Below the pieces are notes generated by a model. That model did not search any database. It was not told where the DNA came from and saw only the letters and a program-made list of their open reading frames with translations. DNA of 63,851 nucleotides, filler included, from Octopus bimaculoides (Eukaryota): NCBI RefSeq assembly GCF_001194135.2. It is 7 parts of 6 records of this genome, joined end to end, with 100 filler letters (N's around TTAATTAATTAA, not from the genome) between each part and the next. Parts side by side here need not be neighbours in the genome. Positions count along the whole stretch, not along the records: positions 23,397 to 48,549 come from NC_068984.1; 6 more parts are not named here. One strand, 5' to 3'. The translations under genes were made by a program, and so were the position numbers. Below are positions 26,301-36,580 of the stretch, in pieces; the first letter of the stretch is position 1, and each line of letters opens with the position of its first letter.

Positions 26301-28520
26301 CGCGGATCATGGAGTCTGGTCTCACTTATGGCTATGATTTCTAGTTTATGTGACTTTATGTCGTTTAGGAGGTACCCTTGTTTCCAAGGGGACCCCAAGC
26401 CACGCACATTTACACAACCAATCATGAGCATAATTCTGATGTGAGTGTTAAAATTTTGAAGACAGGAACAGAGAGTCACTTACCATTCGAGAGTTTTTGT
26501 GTCTCCTCTTTTGGGTTTTCTTCGAGATCACTGTACAGTTTTTTCGCCAGGTATTTTTGGCATTTGCCAACTGCCTTGGGAAAAATGGATTTTAGTGTGT
26601 GGTGCAGGGTTGGTGTTATGTGTAGAATTTTTATGTGTTCTGGCGGAGTTGTGTGCGGGTGGTTGCTGGTTTTTATGTTTCGTTTGTTTTTGTGTTGATG
26701 TATTCCATCAACTCTGAGTTTTTTGTGTTGATGGCAGTGAGCATTGTGTGTGTGTTTACTTTTGGGGTTTTGTTGCTTGTGTTGTTGTTGTGTGTGCTTG
26801 TGTTGGTGTCTGGAGTGTTTTCGGGAGTTGTGCATCTCCCTGCTTTGTTGGTGTTTGCTTTTCTTTTTTTGCTCCTCTTCCTCCTTCCTTTTTGGGCTAT
26901 TTGCTATTCCTCATTACTTTCGTCTTCCGATGAGAGTTCTGAGGAATCGGAAGTGGGTAAGGGCAAATTGTGAGCGTCTGTGTGTGTTTGTGTGAGTGGT
27001 TGTATTGCTGTTTTTGTTGGTGTTGGCTGCTTGTTATTTGTGTGAGGTGTATGTGATATGGGGGAGGGGGAGACAGTCTTGGAATTTTCTTTTTTTTCTC
27101 CTGTTTCCTCATTTGTTGCTCTTGCAGTTGCTGTTGTCTTCTCATTTGTCGGTGTTGCTGGTATTTCTCTTATTTTGAGTGTTGATGGTGATATTGGTAG
27201 TAGGGTTTTTTTCGTGGGTTTTGGTAGTTGCCCTTGTTTTTTTTGGTTTGTGACGGTTGGGCAACTGTCCTTGAGGTATGCCTCACTGCTGCATACATAA
27301 CAGCGTGGCTGCCTTCCTTCCACCACTACATACAACTTGTGGTCCTTTGCCAGTTGGATGTGTGTGGGGATCTTTTGGGACTCCTCTTCAGTGATGTGGA
27401 GGAGGACTTCAAGTTTTTTCCCCCCTTCCCAGTTTTTCTCCTCTGCAGTAGCAATTTCTAGTATATTTGCCTCCTCCATTTCGAGGCATATGGCAGATAT
27501 TATCCGTTGCGTCTCCACTTGTGAAGGCACATTCTTTACTGTCACCCTCTGTCCAAGATAACTCGGTATCATCACCAAGTCATCTGTGTGTAGAGAGAGT
27601 GTCGAAAAATTTCTTTGCTAAGTCTTCGCTCTGGAAGTGCACTTGAACGGTGGCGAACTTGCGCCCCCAAGTAACATGTGTTGATAGGGCCATATAGGTT
27701 TAAGACAAATTTCAATCTTTTTGGTGGTGAAATTTTTCGGTCGCTTGGTTTTCGTGTTGATCAGTCTGTATGTTATGTATTTCTTGTTTGTGTTTTCGAT
27801 TATTTCTTTTGGAATGTGTATTTGTACGGTGTCACCATCTTTCGTGAGAAGGGATTTTGTGCCTTTAATTTGTTTTGGGGTGAATATTATTATTGTTCTT
27901 TTTTTTTTAGTTGCATGGGCGAAATTTATTTTAGTGGTGCTGGCAGACATGTTTTTTGTAGCGGTTGTGGTGTTGTTTGTCTTGTTCATCTTATTGTAGT
28001 TGTTGATGGTGGTGTTGGTACTGCCAGGTTCAAAGGTGGTGGTAGTGGCAGCAGAGTTTGTTGAAGTAGTGGTGGTGTCGGTGTTGACGGCTGATGACCT
28101 GTTGTTGTTGTCACTGGTGGTGGTGCAAGGCGAGACTTCTCTAGCAGCAGAGTTTTTGGATGTGGTGAAGGTAGTAGTAGTAAACGCAGCATTCCTGGTT
28201 TCTACGTCTTGGGTTCGTTCATGTGGAACGACTTGCTTGTCAGTCTCCTTGCCTGCTATTAGAGGGAAATTGACCACGTGTAAAGGCCTAGCCATATTTG
28301 TTTTACGAAATATGGCAAATAAGTCGGAGAAAAAAAATTAAAACTTTTGGAAATAAACTCCAAAAGGAGCCACTTCCTATGACAAAAACAGAAATAGGGG
28401 CGAAGTGTATAGTCTTATACACCTCTTCCACAAGAAATATTTCAGAACTGCAAAATTTTTGTCAAATAAAAAGCCAACTTACTTGCGAGCCGATGTGACT
28501 AGCATCCGTCCAGATCGAGA
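23397..28520 (-). mobile_element. Tx1/L1-clade LINE, near full length, decayed
   Basis: ORF1 28295-~26480 has one in-frame TAG (27618-27620), a frameshift and a knuckle CYVCSSEAYLKDSC. ORF2 has an APE endonuclease (NVRGL...SETR, GDWN), RT (DQLKAFDRVDH, RQGYPLS, catalytic motif degraded to YPDV), a C-terminal CPRC..HTLVQC finger, and a stop at 25922. The 3' end is cut by an assembly join. Confidence 0.92.
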
Positions 28521-28987
28521 GATAGATACATTCTCATATGTTGCTATAAAAACATCTCTGGTTATTAAAGAAGGGTTTTGTTAGGGGAGATTTTCTAGTT
28601 TCAGTTTTCTGTTGTCAAAGACTCATCGTTTTGTTGTTCGTAAACAGCAGCAGTAATTATTTTCAGCTGAATACACGTCATTGATTGGTTAAAATTACCC
28701 AAATACGACAACTTTAACACAAAATAACTTCTAAAATACAAAATTTTGTCAAAAACGCCAAAAGTAAACCCTGTTCTACATGGCACATTCGACCAGTATC
28801 CAAAGTTTCAAAGTGTTTAGTTAAAAAAAAAATTAATTAAAAAATCTGTACGTCAAATTGAATAGACCCGAGGACTTTGCAAATGTAATTCCACAGTCAT
28901 TCATGACCAAAATGAGTCTTTACCATTTTGTATCCTCTTGCATTCTAAAATTAGGAACCTTTGTTGTACTTTGCTTTTCAATACATT

Positions 28988-29095
28988 AGATCAGTGGTTC
29001 CCAACATGGGGCATATGCCCCACCAGTGGGGCCTAGGAAAATTGTAGTGGAGTGTGGGATCCAAAATTTTTTTTTTTTTTTAGTGGGGCATGGAA
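28988..29095 (+). mobile_element. hAT-type MITE 5' fragment
   Basis: Begins CAGTGGTTCCCAAC, a typical hAT/Charlie-like TIR start. No second TIR was found. Confidence 0.45.
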
Positions 29096-29404
29096 TTGTG
29101 GAAATCATTTGTTCACAGCAAACGTATTAGATCTATACTCAGCCAAGCATACAGCGTGAAAATTGTTTGTTACAGTATGTCACTATTTTGAAATGATGAT
29201 TTTCTTTTCTTGGAGAGTCGAAAAGGTGGGTTTCTGTAGAAAAAAAAAACAACCGAAAGTGGGTGCGATCGATGTCCTTTACCTCTGCCCCTAATTCCCA
29301 GCCCGGAAAAAAAAAAGTGGGTGGGGACAAGGAATTCGGGCACTTAGATATAATTAGCGATGTAAGTAAAATGTAACTGCTAGTCTTCGAAAGATATGCG
29401 TAAT

Positions 29405-29476
29405 CTTTTTTCAAAAAGCGACCTCCTGAAACTTGATTCACGATGAAGCGGGCCGCATTACTAAAAAAAATTCAAG
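29405..29476 (+). promoter_or_regulatory. Candidate TOP-initiated non-coding first exon of RPS12
   Basis: CTTTTTTC pyrimidine tract (29405-29412) in a locally CpG-richer region, ending at a good donor AAG|GTAATT (29476/29477). It could splice to the TTTCAG| acceptor at 30098. An out-of-frame ATG at 29443 argues for caution. Confidence 0.35.
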
Positions 29477-30114
29477 GTAATTTTTCGTAAGGTGTGCCAT
29501 TGAGAAAGTCCCGCGATCCGCAGTTTGCCTCCGAACAAACTATGATATGTCAAATTTATTTACCTTTGTTTTAAATGGAGCGATCTGTTGTTAGCTAAGT
29601 AGTTTGAACGATAGCCTTTCTTACGTTATGTGAAACTAAATCTTATAACTTTTTTAGTTGTAGATTTCATGTGTTCTCGTATCGTTAGCGTTAGAGAGCT
29701 GAAAGCAAAACTCGGCTACCGCAGAAATAATGATGTTAACACACTGGCATGAGCTAGTTTGTTTGTGATATTTAATACATTTTTTATTTGTAGCAGGAAA
29801 ATAATATAGTAGACGGAAAACGAAAAAAATATACCTATGTATTTACAAAATTACATAAAATACATGGCAAATCCACGTGCTTCTATGTGTAACTTCCGTT
29901 TTACCCATAGTTCATCTCACAAAAAAGGAAGTTGTCCTTTCTCTTGAATCTGTGATCGGGATTGAACGGTATGTTACATTCGTTCAATCTATTAATGTAT
30001 TTCATTGTTTATTAAGCATCGTCGTAATATTTAATAATTTACATCTAAAGAACATCATCTAATATTTATTTTGTAATTTCTTTTCTAATAAATTTCAGTT
30101 AGTAACCCGAGAAA

Positions 30115-30131
30115 ATGTCTGATACTGAAAG
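30115..30131 (+). CDS. RPS12: 40S ribosomal protein S12, coding exon 1 (MSDTE + AG)
   Basis: Acceptor TTTCAG at 30098, ATG at 30115, donor AG|GTAGGT at 30131/30132. The phase-2 split joins in frame to the next exon. Confidence 0.8.
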
Positions 30132-30363
30132 GTAGGTACACGTTTATTCCTGTTTTACCTCCATTTTCCTCATGCTATAAATGTTAATACTTCGTTTATT
30201 TGAATTTTTTATGCTTTTATTTGGCTTGAAAATACTTTTAGTACTACATTTACTCACTTAAAGGCTGACTAAAAGACTATAAATAGCTAAAACGAATTTT
30301 ATATAATTATTACATATTGATCTTTGTCATAACCAACCTATAATTATGAATTACTCTTTACAG

Positions 30364-30489
30364 GGAAGATGCCCCAGCTCCTGCTGGCTCGCTCGACTTA
30401 TACTCTGCCTTGCAGGAGATTTTAAAGACCTCTCTCATTCACGATGGCTTAGAAAGAGGACTCAGCCAGTGTTGTAAAGCACTAGACAA
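30364..30489 (+). CDS. RPS12: RPS12 coding exon 2 ([42 protein letters not shown])
   Basis: TTACAG acceptor and AA|GTATGT donor. The translation matches the eS12 motif ALQEVLKTALIHDGL.RG....KALDK. Confidence 0.95.
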
Positions 30490-30731
30490 GTATGTTTTAG
30501 TTTTCTTCCTAGTCTAAATATTTGTGATGACTAAATTAAGATTCCATGGTATTTAATTGCGAAAATAATGATACATGCGTCAACATTCTTTCAACATTTT
30601 TTGTTATTTAAAATTATTTTCTTCAGTTTCTATTGCTAGATCGATGTGTGTGTGAGTGCTTCGCGTATACTATTAAAGTGTTACGCTATAGTTTCTATGT
30701 CTGTAAACTATTTTTGTTTCCTCCCATCTAG

Positions 30732-30834
30732 ACGAAAAGCCCATTTGTGTATCTTGGCAAACAGTGTAGATGAACCCAGCTATACTAAACTAGTCGAAGC
30801 TCTCTGCACTGAACATGGTATCAACCTCCTCAAA
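30732..30834 (+). CDS. RPS12: RPS12 coding exon 3 ([34 protein letters not shown])
   Basis: CTAG acceptor, AAA|GTAAGA donor, 103 nt. Matches the eS12 motif AHLC.LA...DEP.Y.KLVEALC.EH.INL.K. Confidence 0.96.
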
Positions 30835-31945
30835 GTAAGAGCAATTATTTGTTTATTTGGTTTTAAAATTGATTTTAAAAATGTCTGATGAGTTTTTTTT
30901 TCTCTAATTGTGTCAGTTTTTTTGAGAGTAAAACCTGATGGATTTGTATAAAAACTTCAGGTTAAATTTTAGTTTGGTGTGTATGCATGGAAATATATAT
31001 ACACACGTCCGAGCCTGTCATGGCCAACCAACCCGTTGGAATGTAACTACTTTTTGGAAAATTCTCCCAGTTAACCAGTTTAAATATGAAAATTTAATTT
31101 ACCAATTTCTCTAATTGAATTGACTATGGAAACGGCTGTAGAGATAAGAATTTCATATATTGATTTAACTATCTTTGAATAAACTGCTCCATTTTCTTTT
31201 TCTCATTCATAAATAATTTAAACACCCATATCCATCATTGCAAAACTAACGTATTTAGCTTTTCACGGAACACTGGTAAAAACTGGAGGACTACGATGCA
31301 AACATCCCTAAAAGGATTATAGGTCCTTTGCATAATTATATATATGTGTGTGTATATATATATATATATAGCTGATATTTGCTTTTAACTTGTGATTCTA
31401 TGTGTTAAACAATTGGTTTGTAATATTTAATACCCCCCACCCTACCATAGCTGATATTAGTACTGCAATTACCTGTCCAGCCATAAATTTCTAATTGTTA
31501 AATTGCCTATACAAACTCACATTCTTTGTATTTTAAAGAGATGTCTACTATCGTCATCATAATACTTCCGCTTGGCATGTTATAGTATATCGCCCTCGTA
31601 ATTAGAACTCGTCTGTCATTGACAAATTTTTCTCACTAATCCGACGGTGAAGAAATACTTTATCAAAAATTGTCATGCAAGTTAATTAAGGAGTAACTTA
31701 CATTACCTGCAACAGATGTAAATTTATTCCAAATAACTTTTGTGATACGTTTCTTACTATTTGTTTTATGAGGTGGGCAAGTTACCTCCCTCACTTAAAC
31801 CGGCTACCTTCGATTAATAACTGGTATGCGATTTCATAATTCTTATGGATGTTTATTCAGCAAGATGATGATGATGATGAATGCAACACATCTTGTGAAA
31901 GGTTATACCTCCGTATAAGTAATGTTCCTTCCAAGGTGAAAGAAT

Positions 31946-32015
31946 TGTTGAGTATGATGATAATAAACGCTCCCTCTTTCTCAACCTCAAGTAAATTGTC
32001 ATGGCTTTGTGCTGG
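31946..32015 (+). pseudogene. Degenerate SNORD100-like copy (5'-most)
   Basis: ATGATGA at 31954-31960 followed, after an 8-nt spacer, by GCTCCCTCTT at 31969-31978. D' and D boxes are not intact. Confidence 0.55.
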
Positions 32016-32588
32016 GCAAACATTTTCTGCTTATAATAGCCTCGTGAAGATGAAAAATTACTGTTATGTTACTGGTTGTTAGACCATGCTAGTTGCATAT
32101 AGCTTCTGTTAATGTTTCGTTTTCAGTTTGCACATGTTCAAATTTCTGCAATAATCTGGCTAGGTGTATACAACCCGAAGCCCGTTGTGTGTCTGCAGGT
32201 GCTCTTGTCTAGTGGAAGTCATGGTTATAAATGAGCAATGTTACACAAGACAAGGTTATTCCAGCTGATTATGGGAATGTAACCTTAACTGGAAACTGCT
32301 GTGGGGTTGCAACAGGAAGAACATCCAGTTTTAGAAAATACTTCAGATATTCCATCTAACCCATGCAAGCATTGTAAGATGAACGTTTAATAAAGATTGG
32401 CTTCTCATTGGGGTTTTTTTGTCTTACATTTATATGTGAACCGTTTTTATTTTTACTAGTCATTGAATTTTATGTAATAAAATGTTTGTTTCACCCTTAC
32501 TCAAGTGATTGATACTGGTTTCTGTTGCTTCAAATATTCCCATTATTGGTGATAACTTGGCGGGGTGTTTCTTAACTATTACTGTAGT

Positions 32589-32657
32589 GTTGGATATGAT
32601 GACGATAAATGCTCCCTCTACTGAATATAGAATGAGGATTGCAGTGTCTGACCCAAT
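32589..32657 (+). ncRNA. SNORD100: Box C/D snoRNA, SNORD100-like (intact copy 1)
   Basis: Box C ATGATGA 32596-32602, guide ATGCTCCCTCT 32609-32619, D' CTGA 32621-32624, C' ATGAGGA 32632-32638, D CTGA 32648-32651, terminal stem TTGG/CCAA. The GCTCCCTCTA-CTGA core is recalled from human SNORD100, which guides 18S Gm436 and is hosted in RPS12. Confidence 0.85.
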
Positions 32658-33437
32658 TGTTGTTGAAAATGGTACAAAATGCTTGGAAGTTTGCTTAGCT
32701 TCAGGTCAGACCTGATTGATTTGACTTATAAATCAAAGATGGGTACTACTATAGCGTGTGATCTACAGTAGTATCAGTGAAATGGGTTAGTCTGTATGCT
32801 AAAGTATAAATGGCCAGGTAGATCAAGTGGTACCCAAGATGTTTGAACTGTAACTCTGGAACCTTATTAGAATTAAGAATTTAATTTTATAGTCAAAGAT
32901 ATTTGCATGATCTCTCACTATCAAGTAATTTCTACAATGGCCCCCAGACTTGATTGATGATTTTTGGGGTGATACTTTGAAAGGTAGAAATTATAAGGTG
33001 ACATGTTGGGTTTGTTGCTAGCTTCCCATCCTGTGTTTGCTTGCATCCCTATAACTTAGCGTTTTTGGCAAAAATAACCAATAGAATAGACCTTTTAGCA
33101 TTCACACTATCTGTCAAAAGAAATGCTTATTTATTTACACTATTGTGAATTACTTGTGCATTATTTTGTAGTTTGAGATTTTGATGAATTAACTATTAAT
33201 TTTTAGAATAATATTGTAGGCCTGGCCAGTTTGAACATAAAGCAAGTAGAATATTTTGGCAATGTATGACTGGTTTAAATGCAAAAGGGTTAAAGATAAC
33301 ACTGTCTTCAGCAGTTTTTGGGTAACTAATTGGCAGCAACTTACTTTGATACGTTCAGCATTTCCATTTTTGGAGATTCTCTACCTTGGTTGTTTTGCTT
33401 ATTTTTAAAAATCTTTTATACAATTGTATAAATCATG

Positions 33438-33497
33438 TGTTGGATATGATGCTCTCTTTAATGATGTATAATGTGGATTGCGATATCTGATCCAACA
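33438..33497 (+). pseudogene. Degenerate SNORD100-like copy
   Basis: Stem TGTTGGA/TCCAACA and D box CTGA retained. A 10-nt deletion fuses box C to the guide (ATGATGCTCTCTTTA); D' is ATGA and C' is ATGTGGA. Confidence 0.65.
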
Positions 33498-35011
33498 TAG
33501 AAAGTATTTTTGTTTGTGTGGTTGGGGTTGTTTAGCCCATGGTCAGTCTTCATTAAGTAAATCCACGATCAGAAATGCCCTGTTACTTTCGTTTGTGTTT
33601 TTTTATTGTATATGTGACTATTGTATTCTTACAGTAGTAGGATGGGATTTAAAGAAAGTTTTCCTATCCTTAGCAGGTCAAGCAACTACAGAACCTCTAC
33701 CATCGAGTTACATGGTTTTGTGTACTATCTATAGATAGAGGTACTAGAATTTCCCAATTTGGTGAAGTTTAAGGCCCAGTTGAGCTAATTGTAGAGTAAC
33801 AAAATCACTCATTNNNNNNNNNNNNNNNNNNNNNNNNNNNNNNNNNNNNNNNNNNNNNNNNNNNNNNNNNNNNNNNNNNNNNNNNNNNNNNNNNNNNNNN
33901 NNNNNNNNNNNNNNNNNNNNNNNNNNNNNNNNNNNNNNNNNNNNNNNNNNNNNNNNNNNNNNNNNNNNNNNNNNNNNNNNNNNNNNNNNNNNNNNNNNNN
34001 NNNNNNNNNNNNNNNNNNNNNNNNNNNNNNNNNNNNNNNNNNNNNNNNNNNNNNNNNNNNNNNNNNNNNNNNNNNNNNNNNNNNNNNNNNNNNNNNNNNN
34101 NNNNNNNNNNNNNNNNNNNNNNNNNNNNNNNNNNNNNNNNNNNNNNNNNNNNNNNNNNNNNNNNNNNNNNNNNNNNNNNNNNNNNNNNNNNNNNNNNNNN
34201 NNNNNNNNNNNNNNNNNNNNNNNNNNNNNNNNNNNNNNNNNNNNNNNNNNNNNNNNNNNNNNNNNNNNNNNNNNNNNNNNNNNNNNNNNNNNNNNNNNNN
34301 NNNNNNNNNNNNNNNNNNNNNNNNNNNNNNNNNNNNNNNNNNNNNNNNNNNNNNNNNNNNNNNNNNNNNNNNNNNNNNNNNNNNNNNNNNNNNNNNNNNN
34401 NNNNNNNNNNNNNNNNNNNNNNNNNNNNNNNCATTTAAATATGTCACAGGGTGAAAAATATTATTTTGCTTAGTGGAAAATGTGGAGAGATTCTCTTTTG
34501 CAAAAGAGATAATCTCACTGCAACACAGTTTTGTCTCTCAAATATTGCTTTCTTCTTGAACATAATTTATTCCATTCAGTGAATTTTTCACAAAGACAAT
34601 GGTAGTTACACAAGGTATCTGAATATTGGGACAGGCTAGTTGCTAGATGTTGGCTCCACTAACATTTTGTCTCCATATCTGATCCAGCATAGAAAGTATT
34701 TTTGTTTGTGTGGTTGGGGCTGTTTAGCCCATGGTCAGTCTTCATTAAGTAAATCCACGATCAGAAATGCCCTGTTACTTTCGTTTGTGTCTTTTTATTG
34801 TATATGTGACTAATGTATTCTTACAGTAGTAGGATGGGATTTAAAGAAGGTTTTGCTATCCTTAGCAGGTCAAGCAACTACAGAACCTCTACCATCGAGT
34901 TACATGGTTTTGTATAGATAGTTGTACTATCTATAGATAGAGGTACTAGAATTTCCCAATTTGGTGAAGTTTAAGGCCCAGTTGAGCTAATTGTAGAGTA
35001 ACAAAATCACT
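33483..35011. repeat. Local duplication block A (33483-33809) / A' (34675-35011)
   Basis: About 330 bp, near-identical, with scattered substitutions and a 10-nt indel. Confidence 0.95.
34675..34690 (+). pseudogene. 3' remnant of the 33438 SNORD100-like copy
   Basis: ATATCTGATCCAGCAT begins the duplicated block A'. Only the D box and 3' stem strand survive. Confidence 0.5.
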
Positions 35012-35461
35012 TTAGATGTATCTATTTCATTACATTTACATAAAGTTTATCTAAATTTTCTTTGAATATGTTACAAAAANNNNNNNNNNNNNNNNNNNNN
35101 NNNNNNNNNNNNNNNNNNNNNNNNNNNNNNNNNNNNNNNNNNNNNNNNNNNNNNNNNNNNNNNNNNNNNNNNNNNNNNNNNNNNNNNNNNNNNNNNNNNN
35201 NNNNNNNNNNNNNNNNNNNNNNNNNNNNNNNNNNNNNNNNNNNNNNNNNNNNNNNNNNNNNNNNNNNNNNNNNNNNNNNNNNNNNNNNNNNNNNNNNNNN
35301 NNNNNNNNNNNNNNNNNNNNNNNNNNNNNNNNNNNNNNNNNNNNNNNNNNNNNNNNNNNNNNNNNNNNNNNNNNNNNNNNNNTTTTTTTTTTTTTTTTTT
35401 TTTTTCCCCTGATATGTAACATTGTTCATGGTTGAAGGATTGTTTTATACTATGTAATATG

Positions 35462-35531
35462 GTTGGATATGATGAAGCTAAATGCTCCCTCTTCTGAAAT
35501 ATCTATTGAGGATTGCAATAACTGACCCAAC
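35462..35531 (+). ncRNA. SNORD100: Box C/D snoRNA, SNORD100-like (intact copy 2)
   Basis: Box C ATGATGA 35469-35475, guide ATGCTCCCTCT 35482-35492, D' CTGA 35494-35497, C' TTGAGGA, D CTGA 35522-35525, stem GTTGG/CCAAC. Spacers have diverged from copy 1 while the boxes and guide are conserved. Confidence 0.85.
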
Positions 35532-36478
35532 TGTATTTTGTTACCCCCAAGTTTTCAACCATGAAGTGAAGCATTTAAATATGTCACAGGGTGAAAAATA
35601 TTATTTTGCTTAGTGGAAAATGTGGAGAGATTCTCTTTTGCAAAATAGATAATCTCACTGCAACACAGTTTTGTCTCTCAAATATTGCTTTCTTCTTGAA
35701 CATAATTTATTCCATTCAGTGAATTTTACACAAGGTATCTGAATATTGGGGCAGGCTAGTAGCTAGATGTTGGCTCCACTAACATTTTGTCTTCATTTTC
35801 ATCACTGGAAACTTTTTACTTAATTCACATGGCCTCAATCTAAAACATATATAGATAGGGTGAGATTCAGCTGAAGTTTCTAGTAAGTTATGCTTTGTTT
35901 TCATACATGTGTTGTGTCTGAAGTACTTGAATAATCCAATCTGGTGATATTAGTGATCATTAGGTCTAACCTAGCTAAAACATGCCGTCCTTATATTTTA
36001 CTCCTTATTTCTATATAGGTTCACTTACTTGCCTCCTCCTGTTTGGTAATGTTCTGGTTGTAATATTTTAAACTATGGAGTTGTTTGGGTGGGATGAAAG
36101 ATGCTCTCTTTACTGAAATACTTTTTGAGGGTTATAGTAACTAGCCCAGTTGATGCGAAGAAGTGTACAAAATTGGTATTGCCTGTAGAAACAGTAAGAC
36201 TGATATTTAAACCGTTATTCAGCTTAAGTGAAATGTAATGCTTATTCATAATTTCGAGAATATGATATTGTGATTGTTTAAAATGACATTGTAAGGTGGG
36301 TGAGATAAGCACGATCTTGTCAGTTTGAACATAAAACAGAATATTTGGGCTGGAAATAGGTTTAAATGCTAAAAGATTCAATCAAAATTGACTTTTGTGA
36401 AAATAGTTGTTTACTAATTTTTTGAACTTTGCTAATTTTATAGATATTAACACATTGAAATTTTGTCTTTCTTTTTAG

Positions 36479-36580
36479 GTTGAAGACAGCAAGAAATTAG
36501 GCGAATGGGCTGGTCTTCGTCGTATTGATGTTGAAGGTAAAGCCAGAAAAGTGAATGGATGTGGCTGTGTTGTTGTAAAG
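36479..36580 (+). CDS. RPS12: RPS12 coding exon 4 ([34 protein letters not shown])
   Basis: TTTTAG acceptor, AAG|GTAATG donor, 102 nt, phase 0. Matches the KKLGEW.GL..ID.EGK.RKV.GC.CVVVK motif. Confidence 0.96.

Larger units (their letters stand above)
34432..35792. repeat. Local duplication block B (34432-34672) / B' (35572-35792)
   Basis: About 240 bp, near-identical, with a 20-nt indel. Confidence 0.95.

Noticed and set aside
28610-28800. CCAAT/CRE-like motif cluster upstream of RPS12
   Set aside because: The same block occurs inverted at ~63590-63740, so it is a dispersed repeat rather than a specific promoter element.
29726-29773. ATGATGT...GTGA flanked by AAATA/TATTT in intron 1
   Set aside because: Both boxes are imperfect, the unit is too short and no guide is recognisable.
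30524-30600. GTGATGA box C in RPS12 intron 3 as a SNORD101-like snoRNA
   Set aside because: No downstream CTGA or terminal stem was found in the intron.
30880-30945. CTGATGA...CTGA around a T-rich hairpin
   Set aside because: Low complexity, no guide and no GAAA for a hammerhead; compatible with chance.
32741-32835. GGGTAC/GTACCC and TGATCTAC/GTAGATCA long-range pairing
   Set aside because: Short helices with competing folds and no H or ACA box in register.
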